A stretch of 64,000 nt of DNA, from the NCBI RefSeq assembly GCF_009914755.1, contig NC_060933.1; one strand, given 5' to 3'. The stretch comes from the human T2T-CHM13v2.0 reference genome, Homo sapiens. How positions within the stretch are numbered: position 1 is the first letter of the stretch; each line of letters begins with the position of its first letter. The notes below the pieces were generated by a model. The model saw only the letters and a list, made by a program, of their open reading frames with translations. It did not search any database and was not told the origin of the DNA. The translations under genes were made by a program, and so were the position numbers. Shown here piece by piece: positions 1-15,830 of the stretch.

Positions 1-1045
1 TGTCAATGTAGCATAGAGAGAACCCTCTCCCATCTCTACCCCGTGGTTCTTTCGTCTGTATTCTTGTTACGAGAAAAATGATACAACATATTTGTCACTA
101 GTTTATGACATATATTGTATTTTATAGGATACTACCCTAGCCCCGAGTTTGGACTCAGCCAGCGCTATACCTGGGTCTTCAGTGGTGCATTCCAATATTT
201 CACAAGGCCAACTGCTCTGGATGACACCATATATGGTAAAACCAGTGAATCCCATGGGCTGAAGGGATGGCTACAGCACTTCACTGTAAAACGAGTCTCT
301 GGTCAGAAACAATGCAGAGCAGAATACCACGGCAATAAATGAAGCCCATGGAGTGCTGGTAACAGAGCATTGCAGGTAGGCAGGGCAAATCCAAAGTGTA
401 TTTCTGAAAAACAAAAGCACTTTCCATGATGCGAAAAGTCCAAAGTAATCTACCTGACACCAGGTGGCTGGCTAGTTTCCAAAGGAAAAGATGCCGTATT
501 TGGGACTTGTAGTTGGTGCCCGAGCTGGTTAGGTACCCAGCAGAAAATATAGCTAGATCAATTTTAGTGAGAAGAAATAGATAATTTTGAGCTCATGCAT
601 ACACTCTATTCCTACTGCTGCAGCCAATTCATTTATCATCTCATCGAGCAAGAATTGGGATGGCAGGGTAAAGAGGCTGACATATCCACAGAAAGGTCAT
701 CATGACCACTTGATGAGAGTGCCTCCTCTAAAATGGTTACCTTTGTTCAACATTCACATAGGACATTTAAGTCTTCCAACTTTGTGCTCATTCTGAGAGT
801 TCTATCCACACACCTCTTCCCCGAACTTTCTTATTTCTTCCAAATTCCTGACCACTTGGCCAAACCATTAGACTGTCCATGAATCAGTTGAGATCCATAA
901 TTTGGCCATATCTTCTCCAAAGTGAACAACCATAAGATGGACTGTTCATTAAGAGGATTTCCGTTCTCAGTGTGCTTCTGGGACACTTCTGTGGTAGGTA
1001 CTTTATCCTGTAAAATACAACATATGTCATAAACCAGTGACCAAT
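1..1045 (-). mobile_element. ERVL-family internal sequence, degenerate pol (RNase H-integrase)
   Basis: Reverse complement of 421-480 reads PATWCQVDYFGLFASWK, resembling ERVL integrase PATWWQVDYIGPLPSWK; about 850-950 resembles the ERVL RNase H TDSW...NGLA.WSG region; many stops and frameshifts. Confidence 0.85.
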
Positions 1046-1049
1046 TCTG

Positions 1050-1610
1050 GGAATGAGCTTTAATGGCCTTTGCAACTTATAATCCCCTCTCTTTTGAGTG
1101 TGGGTGGCACTTGTGGTATGATATCACTCACATGGTTACAGTTCCTTAATCATGAGAGTGATATCTTATCATATCACAAGTGCATGACAAAAGGGAGATT
1201 ATCCAGGTCTACTTGATTTAATCACACAAGCCCTTTAAAACAGTGTCCTTTGTCCAACTGCTGGACAGAAGCAGAAATCAGAGGGATTCCAAGGGTGAGA
1301 GAGATTTGTGCCATTGCTGGCTTTGAAGATGGAGGGGACCAAGTGAGAAGGACTGTGGTGGCCTCTAGGAGCAGAGAGGCTTCCTTGCTAACAGCTACAG
1401 AAAAATGCAAACTTCAGACCTAGTGGAAAGAACAGGATCCTGCCAACACCCTGAAAGAGCTCACAAGATATTCCTCTCTAAAGCCTTCAGATAAAAGCCC
1501 AGCCCAGTTGGCAAATTGATTTTCAGTGAGCCCAGTCAAGCCTACCTGGGCTTCTGATGTACAGAGTTGTGAGGAAATAAATAGGTTGTGTTTTAGGCAA
1601 TGAAGCCGGA
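1050..1610 (+). mobile_element. MaLR LTR, MLT1E-like, 3' end truncated
   Basis: Typical MLT1 blocks: aagggagattatcc, ttgctggctttgaagatggagggg, ggcctctaggagc, ctgccaacaccctga, aataaataggttgtgtttta. Confidence 0.75.
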
Positions 1611-1617
1611 AGAGGTA

Positions 1618-2012
1618 TATGTTCATTTTCTAGGGCTGCCATAACAAAATACTGCAGGCTGTATGGCTTAAACAACAGAAATTTATGTTCTCACAGTTCT
1701 GGAGGCGAGAAGTCCAAGATAAAAGTGGTGGCAAGTTTGGTTTCTCCTGAGGCCTCTCTCCTGGGCTTATAGATGACCTTCTTCTTGCTGGGTCCTCACA
1801 CGGTCTTTCCTGCATGGACGCACATCCCTTGTGTCTCTTTGTACGTCCAAATTGCATCTCCTTGTAAAGACACCAGTAAGATTGAATTAAAGTCCACCGT
1901 ATAGCCTTATTTTAACTTAATTTTCTCTGAAGTCCTTATCTTCAAATACAATCACACTGAAGGTTGAGGCTTGCATATATGGATTTTGAGGGATGCGATT
2001 CAGCTAATAACA
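1618..2012 (-). mobile_element. MaLR solo LTR, MLT1A-like
   Basis: ctagggctgccataacaaaatac...ggcttaaacaacagaaatttat...ctcacagttctggaggc; perfect 5-bp TSD AGGTA at 1613-1617 and 2013-2017. Confidence 0.9.
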
Positions 2013-2017
2013 AGGTA

Positions 2018-2640
2018 CCATGTGAATCTGAGCCACTTGTTCATGCAACTTACCTGGGCTTTCTAGACCTGCTTGAGGCTGATCTTCTACTCTATGCAAG
2101 ACCACTGCACACTCCCAGTTTGATAGCTTGGTGCGTCAGATAACACCCAGTCCATGATAGGCAACCTAGGATCCATAGAAACTTGGTGTCACATGGGAAA
2201 GTGTTCAGTCTCTATCAGGACCTTGTAGCAAGACAGGAGCTATTTAAAAAAAATTTTAAAAAGAAGTTATCTGCAAAATGTATGGCTTTGCTCTAAAATT
2301 CTCAGTGTCTATGAGGCGATTTTTTTCAGGATTTCTCAAAGACTCCATACATCATTCCTAATAGCTGTAAATATGGAGTTCATGCTAGATTATATGGCAC
2401 AATTAGCCAAGTAGCTTTTATGAAAACTTCAACCTTCTGTAGAGCCTTTTCTTAATTCTGGACTTTATGTAAAACTGGCAATGTTATGTGAAATTGATCA
2501 GAACAACATGGCCAAATGTTAACCATGTTTCTTTCAAAATCCAAAGTTCATTAGACATGAACAGTTCTCTGTTTTAGGGATATGTGGTGCAAAATTAAGA
2601 ATGTGTCCTTTAAGTATGTGAATATTTTCAAAGGCTAATG
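2018..2640 (-). mobile_element. ERVL-family internal sequence, pol RT/connection region (continuation of 1-1045)
   Basis: Reverse complement resembles ERVL pol (cagctcctgtcttgctac..., gagactgaacact..., cctatcatggactgggtgttatctgac, gtaagttgcatgaacaagtggctcag). Confidence 0.8.
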
Positions 2641-4531
2641 TGCAAGCCTGATGTTACAAACAAATTCAATTTATCCTTGTTCATGAAAAAATACAGGATG
2701 TTTCGATTTGTATAACCAGAACATCAGTCCCACTTTCTCAGATCTGTAGAGATGAGATTCTACAGCAATCCATTCGAACCTAAGACCTACCTCCTGCAGA
2801 AACTATGTGTGCTAATATAAATCAGCAAGCTTATATGTTGGTACGAGTGAAACAGAAAACCCAGTTAGCGTATCGTCTAAACAACAGGCACAGATGGTAA
2901 GCAACCTACCCAAAAGGGCATGGATTCTTAAAGACTAAGTATTAAAGCCACTAAGGTCAGGACTACAATAGCTGAGCTTAGTGCCTTGTGCTAATTAGAA
3001 GTGGGCATGCTGTTTGTTCTCCTGGTAGAAGCAGGCCTGCAGCAGGAAGCATGGACTGGTGCTGAATCCATGCTAGATTGCAGTCCTATCCACCCATTCG
3101 TTCAGTCACCCTAGTGCAGGGCCCAAGCTGCACAAACAATTGCTCACAAGACCCTGGCAAAAAATCATGCATGCATTATGAAGAGAGACATCAGTATAAT
3201 TAGAAAATGCTGCAATAAAGTGCAATCATCTATATTTCTCTCCCGAGTTCCTGGGCTCCTTCTCCATAACACATGAGGAGGTAAGGGCATATATACGCAG
3301 AAGGAGAGAAACAGCCCTTGGTACTCTTGGCATCCAAGCAGTGTTTGCTGGAATAGATTTGGTTTGAATTCAGTCTTTGATTTGACCTTGCCTGGATTTG
3401 TTCTTTTTTTTTTTTTTTTTTTTTGTATTATGATCACATCATCTATATACTGAAAATAAAATAACAAATTAAACAACCAATTAGTTTTGCCAATTAATTA
3501 ATCATCAAGTAGTTCTTTCAGTCCTGTGATATATTCAATTCTGAACTAGGCTTGATAGGGATATAAAAGTCTTACAAGAAATAAAACCCTCAAGATTTTC
3601 ACAATCTGGCTTGGGAGCTGTTATTGATGCACAGGAAATGATCGGAAAATTCAACCCTTAAGCATTTATTTTCCCCAATTGGCAAGGAATACAAGAATGA
3701 TAGTGGTTTGAATATTCTGCTAGTTATTTGTAAACAGTTTTACTCTTACCTTACAAGAGATAGAGCTCTCATTTCACTAGTTCTTTGGTATATAAGAAAA
3801 TGTTATGGACCAGTTTTTTCTACATCAAAGTTTCATCCAAGCTAAAACTGTGAAACCAGTCTTTGATGTGGGTATGGGCAAGAGACCTGCCTCAGTATTT
3901 ATCAAGTTTAGCCAGAGAAGGAGAAGAAGCTAGGAGCAAGAAGACTGGGCTTCCAGGGATATCACATCTAGAAACATTCCATGCATCACTAAGTTTGCAG
4001 AGATGTTGAGGCATCCAGCCCTATAAAATTTCTAGAGCCGGCAGTCTCTCTATGTGTCCACAAATATATATCACTTGCAGAGATGGATCCCTGCGTGGCC
4101 TGGGCTCCATCCTATTCATCACCAGACTAGCCTGCTGACTGCTCCACAGATACTCTCACCCTGACCTAGAGGCCCCACCCTTGCTGAGGGGCAGAGGTGA
4201 ATGAACCTCCTTCATCCCTAGCGTTTACAGAATGTGAGTTTCTAGAATGACTTACTGGCGGGTCATTTTCCTCAATCCCAGCTGCAAACACACTGAACAG
4301 CTTGTTTTTTGAAGTTTGTATCACTACAGTACCTAACATTAAAAAGATGCTCAACTGAGAAAGAGAACAAAAGTGAATGGGACTCTAAGAGCTAATTAAA
4401 GAGAGACAGCTGGATTCCTTCTGCTTTTTTTTCTCATTAATGAGAAATCAAAGCGCATGACATCTTCCTTTTGAAGATGAAAATTATGAATTGAAATTTG
4501 CGCTGAGTGTGTTTGTCCATTCCTATTCACA

Positions 4532-4740
4532 TAATGGTCCTCAACATTAAGAGTATATAAGAATCAGCTGAAGAAGTTATTTAAAATAACTTCTTATTTT
4601 AAAATCTTATGTAAATTCCAAAGCATCATGTCCTAAGAATCAGATACTGCACAAATGGGTTGAGACCCATGGGTTAGCGTTTTTACAGCAATTATATTCT
4701 GATGCCAGTGAGTCTTGGACCGCATTTTAAGAACGTTAGC
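4532..4740. mobile_element. MER5-type hAT-Charlie DNA transposon relic
   Basis: tggtcctcaac...agaatcagctg at one end and ttctgatgc...ggaccgcattttaagaac at the other resemble the MER5A layout. Confidence 0.55.
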
Positions 4741-5289
4741 CATTTGGTGATGGCTGCTGTTGCTGTGTTGTTGTTGGGATTTTTGAACAATTCTTCTCTA
4801 CATATCAAGTGTTTGCTCACCCTTTGCTGCTGGTGGTGCTGAATTTTCAAATCTTACACATGGTGTCTGAGACAGAGCATTTCCCAGCAGTCAGGACACC
4901 TCAGGTCCCTGTTCTACCACCAAATACCTGTGTGACCTTAGGCCAGTCTATAGCCTCACTAGTGTTCTGCTGTAATCAATAATTTTCAAGGACCTTTTCA
5001 GCTTAAAATTTCAGACTTTATGAATGTCAATAACCATAACAAATCTGTGCTTTCTTTACTTCATCTTTCTGGAGGTGTTGGAGAGCTCCAATTACTGGTG
5101 ATGCAGACACTATTTATCGCCTAATTTGAGTAAGTGATGTAATCTCCCATGTCTCTTTCTTCTCATTTGCCTTAAGGAAAGATGAACTCTTCCCTTGTTT
5201 ACCTCACAGAGTTAATGTCAAGCTCAAATGGGATTAGGAACATAAGATTTATAAAGTACACTGTAGCTGTAATACCTCCTGCTCTCCAA

Positions 5290-6900
<1,611 letters not shown>

Positions 6901-9900
6901 GTTTTATATAATAATACGGATTTTTACTTCTGTTGAAAAAAACATAAAAGTTCCATGACAAGGAATCCCGTTTCCATAAGTTAACAGATGGCTGAAGCTG
7001 AGTCTGGTTGCTCCCTTTTTGATGGGCGACATAGTCTCCATTTTTCCACTGTCCCTGTGACATCCTGTTGTCACCCTAAAACAGAGATTCTATGCTAATG
7101 CTCAGTCCCTCTGCTTCAGTAGTCATGTTTTCTAAAAATAGACCTGAGCTATAAGAAAATGTTGTACTATATACTTCTTTTGATCTGCTTAATCTTATTA
7201 AGCATTTAATCATGAGACTTCTGGCCTAAATTAGACTGATAAACTGATCCCAATTAAAATCTGCCAAAAGTTATATTCCATAGACCAAAATTGGGGTCTC
7301 TCTTATGTGATAATCCTATGGCTTTGAAATTCCAGTTAGGTTTAATGGTCCAATAAGAAATGAAACTCAGAAATAATCAGGCAATCTAATTGTGGCTCAA
7401 GAAGAAAGTATTCACTGAGAACATGGGTGTTAGGAAGAAAAGCCCAGTGTGCACTTCCCTCCAACCAGTCTTAATGCAAACAAAGCTCCTGAGCAAGCCC
7501 AGAGGTCTGAGGGGTTTTGCCGTGGTGGGTCCCTTGATTTGCACTGGTTGCCAAGACCACCTCATTTTGGATGTTCCTCTAAGAGAAGCAAAGGATTCAG
7601 CAGGAGTTGCGAGTTGCGACCATTTGCTCTGTGATGGACCTGTGATCTCAAATGTAACTTTGACATTGCTCAAAAGTCAAAATCCTATTAAACAAAGGGA
7701 AAACAACCAACATCAAGGTATTTTTTGCCAATTCTGGCCTGGTTACTCTAAAAAACAGTAGGTTCCTAATCTCTTTGAAAGTTGCATGCTTAGAATTATT
7801 CTCCATAAGTCAGTTCATCAGAATAGGTCAAATTTGAATGATTTATTTAAAACTCCCCCCACCCATAATAGTTACAGTGTAGGGATGGGTATTTCTAGGA
7901 GTTTTAAACGTAATAGGATATTTCCTTGTATATTTAATTGCCTGAAGTTGAGTTCTGGGCTATAGCTAGAGTTCCTACAGGATTTATTGTCCAAACTAGA
8001 ACACTTTGAGGATAAAGGGGTGTTGTTATTAATTATGCCTTCAGGACAACAGGTGTGACCAGGACTTTGAAGCAAACTAGGTGGCACAGTCCCCTTTGTT
8101 ACATGTAGCTCACTTCACAAGACTCCAAAACATGTCACCCAGAAACCAGAGAGGAGAGACATGGAAAAGTTTTAGCAGGATTTACTCTTCTAACAAGATT
8201 TACAGAGTTAGCTTGGGTTTGCTTCCTCTCATTGCCCTCAACTCAGAGACAGGTTTTGCAAAATATACATTTAACAAACTAACTTTATTTGATCTTTGTG
8301 AAAAGCTTAGAAGAGATTTAGTGGAGAAATGGGTAAGTGAGTTCTTCAGCGGAATTTTATGCCTAACTCTAACTGTTCATTCCCACCCTCCTTGTCTCCC
8401 CACCCCACCCTGCCTGCACCATTCTCCCGCGTAACCCTGTTCACAGCCTCGCATAATTGGCAATATGCTTTGTTGATGGTTTGCCTTGTTGATGCCTCAT
8501 TATTGGAAGGTTGCCAATGTTAGCATACCCACTCCATGCACCAGCAGTCTGATCTGGGATGGGAAATCCTGCTGTATATTCCTGTGCAGGAGAGAGTGCA
8601 CGAAACAGCTCTGAAGAGGAACTAGACAAATGTTTGAATAAAAAGCAACTGAAGGGTAACTGCTAATTCAAAAGAAGAGACGGTCCCAGCTGACTTTCTT
8701 GGCTTCCTTCCCTCCTAGATTTTCCTGCACTCTTTTGTTATCTGTCGTTTAATCCTCAAATACAGTTCTGGTACTATCCATGAGGTAACACTTTTAAGTG
8801 TTAACATATTGGCTCAATTATTCCAAGAGAAAGAAAATAAAAATGTTTTTGCTCTTGCAGCCACCACAACTTTGAACAGCTTTCTTAAAAACACATGGAT
8901 ACAAAATGGTTCACCTCTTTCTTGTCTTCATGCTGGAGATTTTCTTCTTCTGAAGATGCAGCAGGAACTGTACTAAAAATATGTGACATATAGAGAAAAA
9001 CTGGTTTCACTTGTGCATTTTTTAAAAGTTTTTCTCCTGTGATAACCCTCTACCCTAACTCCTCTGGCATTAAATTAATAGAAAATCTCTGTGATCTTTT
9101 AGGGTGCAGTTTCTAAAACATGTTTTGTTTCCCACTATAAAGCAAAGACCTATATTAGTTTCTTGAACCAATTTATGCGATTAGTAATAAATAGTTTAAA
9201 TATCTTAGGGAAATCTCAGAAACTTTTTACTCAAAATTTCACATTTTCAGGTAGACATATTTGTGTGTATGCATTCATGTTTCCTCAGGTAAGGAATGAA
9301 GCTGCTACTCAGGATTTATATACAACAATTAGTGATCATTTTCTTTCAAGAGTGCATTGCTGCTGGAGGTGGCATGAAGGCTTTTTTTTAATATGCTAAC
9401 TAGTTTCCATTGTGTTTATTAAAATCTCCCAAGCTACTTTTGTTTGTCTTCCACCCTCTTCCTTCAACGGAAAGCAAAGAACAAAAGACAAGCAAAGCCC
9501 TGACTTGCCCTTGATAAATATGGCCCATATAGCATTCCATACAACTTGGAGCTGAGACCATTATTTCAGTGAAGCCCGTTATTGTTCATTAGCACAAAGA
9601 ATGTGTAATAAATATAATGAAAGACTGCTGGCTTTACTCTATCTTTGTCATCTAAAGCAGTTCCATGAATAACTACAGGGATTTGTCTCCAAATGACTTA
9701 TTTGCTTCCTTTCTAATAAATAACATGTAATTAGGGTAATATATTGTTTCCTAGTTATGTTAGCAATGCAGTGAAGGGGAAACAAATGCACAATTTTAGA
9801 TATGAAAGATAGTAGATAATTTTTATATTATCCCTTAAAGTATTTAGACTCATTATGCATAAGTTAAACTGCTGGGAGGTCTAAGTACAAAGCAAGAACC

Positions 9901-10914
9901 GAGATTCTACATTTAATGAGTTTCTTTATTACTCAGGGCATGAATTACTACTCTGATACTATAAAACTGCAGCGAGTGCTCTGCATCTCAGATGAGATTC
10001 TCTTTGAGGAATGCACTCGTCAGTGAACTGTCAGCGATGGGATGGACTAATCTGATTTAGAAAGGATTAGGTTGGGAACTGTGCCTCTGAATGTCAAGGT
10101 ATCTACATCTCTCTACAGAGGAGTGGAATGTTTAACTCTTCATATCCAGGGCCACAAGTGTTAAGAGAGCCCTGAGACACACAAGGTCACATCCATTACT
10201 GAGCATTGAGACAGAAATAAATTACATTGATGGCTTCCTCAGGTCCCCTGAGAGAAATCCATCTTTGGTCCAATGATACTAGGGAACTATGTCAAGCTTT
10301 TGCCCTGGAATTCAAAACATTTTTTTTTTTGGAAGAAAGAAAAAGAAAAAGTTCTTTACTAATGATTAGAGGGGAAAAAAACAATATACGTCTAATCTAA
10401 TCTGCTTTACAACATCCCACACTTCACTAGACAAGGGTGACTTGAGTTACAAGAGTTGAAATCTGCTAATGTCTGGACATGACGCAGGAAGGAGGGAGGC
10501 ATCAAGGAATCACATCTTACTGGACTGAAGCAGGGTCTGCAGAGTCTACAACAGACTCTGCTTAGCATGTGGCTAGTTACTTTCGAAAGCTAGACTGCCC
10601 ATTGCTAAAACAGAAGCTGGTTCAGTGTTGTTTCTCATTGCTAAACCTCCCAGGACAGAAAGCACTGAAGGGCTCCTATTTGCTTAATTCTTCTCCAACT
10701 CTCTGCAGAAACCTGAGCCCTAGACCACCAGGTGACAGTAGCCTGGCAGGCTCTCCATGCACGCATTTAGCATGCATTAAATGGAAAATTATTTGGAAAA
10801 AATTATCAGGAGCTCCTACATGGCTTTAATGTGAACCTCAGGACATAGGTCCTCTGAGTTGGGGGTAGAGTTGGGAAAAGGGGCCCCTGGAAAGCAAGAG
10901 TTAATGAAATTTGT

Positions 10915-11130
10915 TCAGTACTTACTTTGTGCTGAGCTTTCATCTAAGTTCTCCCCACAAATTGACTCGTTAAATCCTCATGATAACCCAGTGAACGGCC
11001 ATCCCTATTTACAGATAAAGAAAGAAAAAGAGAGGGTAAGTACTTGGCCACTGTCCCTCACTGGGGAAGTGCAAGATTAGGATTTGAATTCAACAGTCTG
11101 GCTGAAGATCCCATGCCTTTCAGCTACTCT
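10915..11130 (-). mobile_element. MIR SINE
   Basis: aatcctcatgataaccc...ccctatttacagataaagaaa...ggatttgaattcaacagtctggct matches the antisense MIR core. Confidence 0.7.
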
Positions 11131-12525
11131 GGTGTTTCCCGGAAGGTAATTATCACCCTACTTCCTCAGTTCACCTTCCTGCTAGGTTAGAACCGGAGCT
11201 AATTCCAGACCAAAAATAGCCAGATGAGAAATATTGAACTCTAAAACTTGAACAAACAAAAAGCAGCAAGCATCCTATTGTGTTTTTTTTAATTCAAATT
11301 TGAGACAGATTCTAGTTTTCTTCCTCATATTTAGAAATGTAGAATGACAATCTAAAAGTGTAAAGAGTTATTCATTTGGAGGGTAAAATGTTAGGGCTGA
11401 AGTGTCTGACTTAAAGCAAATTTATGAGGGGACTTATTTGAACAAACAATTGTTTTAACAGAGAGCCAGGTGGAGAACTGATGAGATATTTCTTCTCAAA
11501 TGTAAAGTGAAGGGTGTACCTCCATATATTGAACAGAGTCTATCAGGAGCAGGTTCAGGTTAGAGGTGGAAACAGCAACCAGTTTTCTAAGCAAGTAAAT
11601 TGGAAAACATAAAAAGACATGTTGGAACACATCCTTTAATAATACATGCTGGAAAAGTAATTTCTATTAATTAGAGTGTACATTATTAATAAAGAATTTA
11701 GAACTCTTACCTTAATTTAGGTGTTATCAGGAAATTAAAGTGGAGCTAATTCCACCGTAAAGGTTGATGGCTGAATATTCAAAAGATAGCAGGCAAGTCC
11801 TGACAAGCTGCAAATGTACAACTACAAGTGAAGGAAAAACCTCGGTGGCTGAGGAAGGGCATGTCTGATTTTAAGTAAAGCACATCCCATTTTTGCTATC
11901 ATCAGGCATGTGCACCAGCCATGTGGCTTTTCCCTTAGAAATTCTTCCAGCACTTCCACTAAGTAATTCCACCTATAACTTTGCACACCATTAGCTCTGC
12001 ATTCTGGGGAGGGCATTAGCATTTCCCTTCACATTTAGCTCCGAGAATGGGAAGAAAACCTACTGAAAGAAACTGCTTTATGCATTAGCAGATTTAAGGG
12101 GTTCCCAGGGACCCAAAATTTCTTTCTCATTGATCCCTAGAACGTCTCTTCTTAACTTCGTTTACTGTTGCTGATCTCTCCCAATTCTAGCCCTTCCACA
12201 TATCACTACCAGATTCATCTTCCTAAGGTGCTAATATCTGACACTGAGGGCTCAGGTCCCTTTTGGTCTGGTATCTGTTACGTTCTGTACAAATCCTCTG
12301 CTCCAGGAAAACTGATTTATAGCTGTTCTATTCCACCTGCAGCCTCCTGTTCACATCATATCCTATGGCTCCATCTAAAATGTTCTGCACCTTTATAAAG
12401 GTGATCCATGGGTCACATCCAACTTAGATTTGCCCTTATCCATGAGATAGCGTTGACTCCTGTTCTGAATTGCCATTGTGATTATTGTCTCAATGATCAA
12501 CTGTGCAATTCATAATGTATCATTA

Positions 12526-13238
<713 letters not shown>

Positions 13239-13274
13239 ATCATAATTACTATAATTATTGTTACTGTCATTATT

Positions 13275-13490
13275 ATTACTTATGTACCAGAGACAGTTTA
13301 AAGTACTTGGCCTGTGCTATTTCATAAAAGCCTCAGAGCAGCCCTATATGATAAGAATCATTGCTCTCTTCATTCTCCAGATGAGAAACTATGGCACACA
13401 AAGGTTAAATAACTTGGCTAAGATCACAAGGCTAATAAGTGACAGAAGTATCATTTAAACCCAGCCAATCTGAGTCAGGACTCTTCAGTC
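13275..13490 (-). mobile_element. MIR SINE
   Basis: cattctccagatgagaaactatggcacacaaaggttaaataacttggctaagatcaca. Confidence 0.8.
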
Positions 13491-13598
13491 ACTCTTGTGA
13501 AATTTCCTTCTGCTGTTTTTTGAATTTTGTGTTATTATCCAGAGGGTTGTTATTTCAGCTTTGTAGATTTATTCTTCACCAACCCAAGGAAAGTATAA

Positions 13599-13913
<315 letters not shown>

Positions 13914-14035
13914 AATCATGGACAATTTTTGATAGTCTTCATTCTTCACAGTGCCTTACACAATTGGCACTCAATAAGTGAGAGCTGCTATTGTTACTAT
14001 TATTCTTTTCATTATCATTATTAATGGCTGGTTGG

Positions 14036-14318
14036 CTTTATTTATTTTATTTATTTTTATTTTTATTCTTATTTGAAGTTCCAGAGTACATGTGCAGGAT
14101 GTGCAGGTTTGTTACATAGGTAAACATGAACCATGGTGGTTTGCTGCAACTATCAACACATCACCTAGGTATTAAGCTCAACATGCATTGGCTATTTATC
14201 CTAATACTCTCCCTCACCTGACACCACCCACTAACAGGTCCCAGTGTGTGTTTTTCCCCTCCCTGTGTCCATGTGTTCTCATTGTTCAGCTCCCACTTAT
14301 AAGTGAGAACATGCGGTG
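14036..14318 (-). mobile_element. 5'-truncated L1PA 3' end (approx. L1PA8-13)
   Basis: gtacatgtgcaggatgtgcaggtttgttacataggtaaac...cccacttataagtgagaacatgcggt with T-rich tail. Confidence 0.92.
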
Positions 14319-15699
14319 ACTTTATTTTAAGCATCATCCTCTTCCTGCAATCTTCTTTAAAACTGCAACTTCTCCTCCATGCCCTGAAATTACTGATGTG
14401 CTTTCCCAATATCTTTACATGAATTGTTATTAGATTTGATGGCCAGAGAAAGAAGAGGCAGAGGAAATAGGAAGCTTTGACAAGACAAGTAGAGGTGATG
14501 CAGTGGCCACTGAAGGCAAGCCACCTACATCCCAATTATCTACCCACAGCTGTCTCTGCCTTGTGACACATTGTTCTTGATTAATTGTACAATTGCTAAT
14601 AGAAAACATTAACTAATGGGAATTAATATTAATCTGTGATGAATAGTCACTGGCATGTGGCTTGCCTTCTGACTGTTTGAATTTGATTTTCGAGGATCTG
14701 CACTTATGCCTATGGAAAGCCTTTTGAAGACCACAGGAGCCAAGGGTGTAGAGTGCATATGGAGAGAATAATGTTCATTATCTTATTAAACCCCAGTTCC
14801 TCCCAGGGAGGGTAGAAGATAGCTGGCAAATTTTATCTCTCATTTGCAAATGGAGACTCATTGGCTTACGGTAATTCTATAATATGCCTTAAGTCCAGAA
14901 GGGAGCAAATGGAGAGCTAAGAATGAACAGCGAATTCTCCAGTGCTGCCTGACACCAACCTGTAGCTATCACATACTAAAGACCACAGGGACACGATGGC
15001 AAGGACCTGTACAATCAGGCTGCCCAGGCCAAAAAAAAAAAAAAAAAAAAGGTCAACTTTGTTATGCCTCTCCTAAAGCATTTATTCTTTATGCTAGCAC
15101 CGGCCATAATCAGATGCATTTTATTATTCGATGCACCTTCACCAAATATGCTGTAAGGTCCATTATATATGTGTTCTGTGTTTTAAAGTTTTTAAAGCAT
15201 ATTCATATACATGATCTTACTTAATTCAGAGTTTTCATGAGCTAGCATTTTAATATACCCCATTTTTATAATTCTTTGCCCTTTAGTGTTTCAACTTGGG
15301 AGTAAAATACTTGCTAAAGTGCACTTAGCTAGTAAGTGGAAAAACTGGGAACTGCCCCCAAGGTCTTGCTGCAATGTGATCTAGGGTTCTCTCCATCACC
15401 TATTCAGATTTCCTGCCCTTCTATTAATAATCGTGTTTCTCTTCTGCATAGATACCTCTCACATGATGTGGACAAAATAAATGTTTGATATTGCTACTGC
15501 TAATGATGATGATGGTTGAAAAATATTCACCTGACTGATGACTTTACAGTCAGCCTGCCGAGATAGCAGTTAGATCTGATCTGCCTGGACTTCTTAAGAA
15601 AGCATCAAGGTTTTTGAGTCCTAGTTCTTCTTCCAACTCTGGACCTGTAGCACGGACAGGAACTATGGAGCAACACAAGTCTCTCTTAGATAAGAGAAT

Positions 15700-15830
15700 T
15701 ATTCATTTTGTTTCTCCAGGGAATGTGTATTGAGCATCTATTATGTGCCAGCCACTAGGAACACGATGATAAATAATAGAAACACAAACCCAACCATGTC
15801 CTCCTGAAGCTCATAATCTAGTGGGGAAGG
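15700..15830 (-). mobile_element. L2 3' end fragment
   Basis: tattgagcatctattatgtgccag...gaagctcataatctagtgggga. Confidence 0.7.

Noticed and set aside
7132-7141. Perfect MEF2 site CTAAAAATAG (also a CArG box CCATATATGG at 227-236)
   Set aside because: Isolated single motifs are expected by chance in 64 kb of AT-rich DNA; the CArG lies in the ERVL relic
7390-7761. 123-aa ORF in unique DNA with a possible donor aag|gtattt at 7718
   Set aside because: Non-ATG start, no recognisable domain, weak donor; could be non-coding exon sequence but I cannot support that
9973-10019. Small multi-branch RNA fold (outer stem cgagtgc/gcactcg)
   Set aside because: Short stems with very small loops and no tRNA, snoRNA or miRNA hallmarks; compatible with chance
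15031-15050. A20 run (and the T-run near 3405-3424) as a retrocopy tail
   Set aside because: No recognisable retroelement or mRNA body or TSD adjacent
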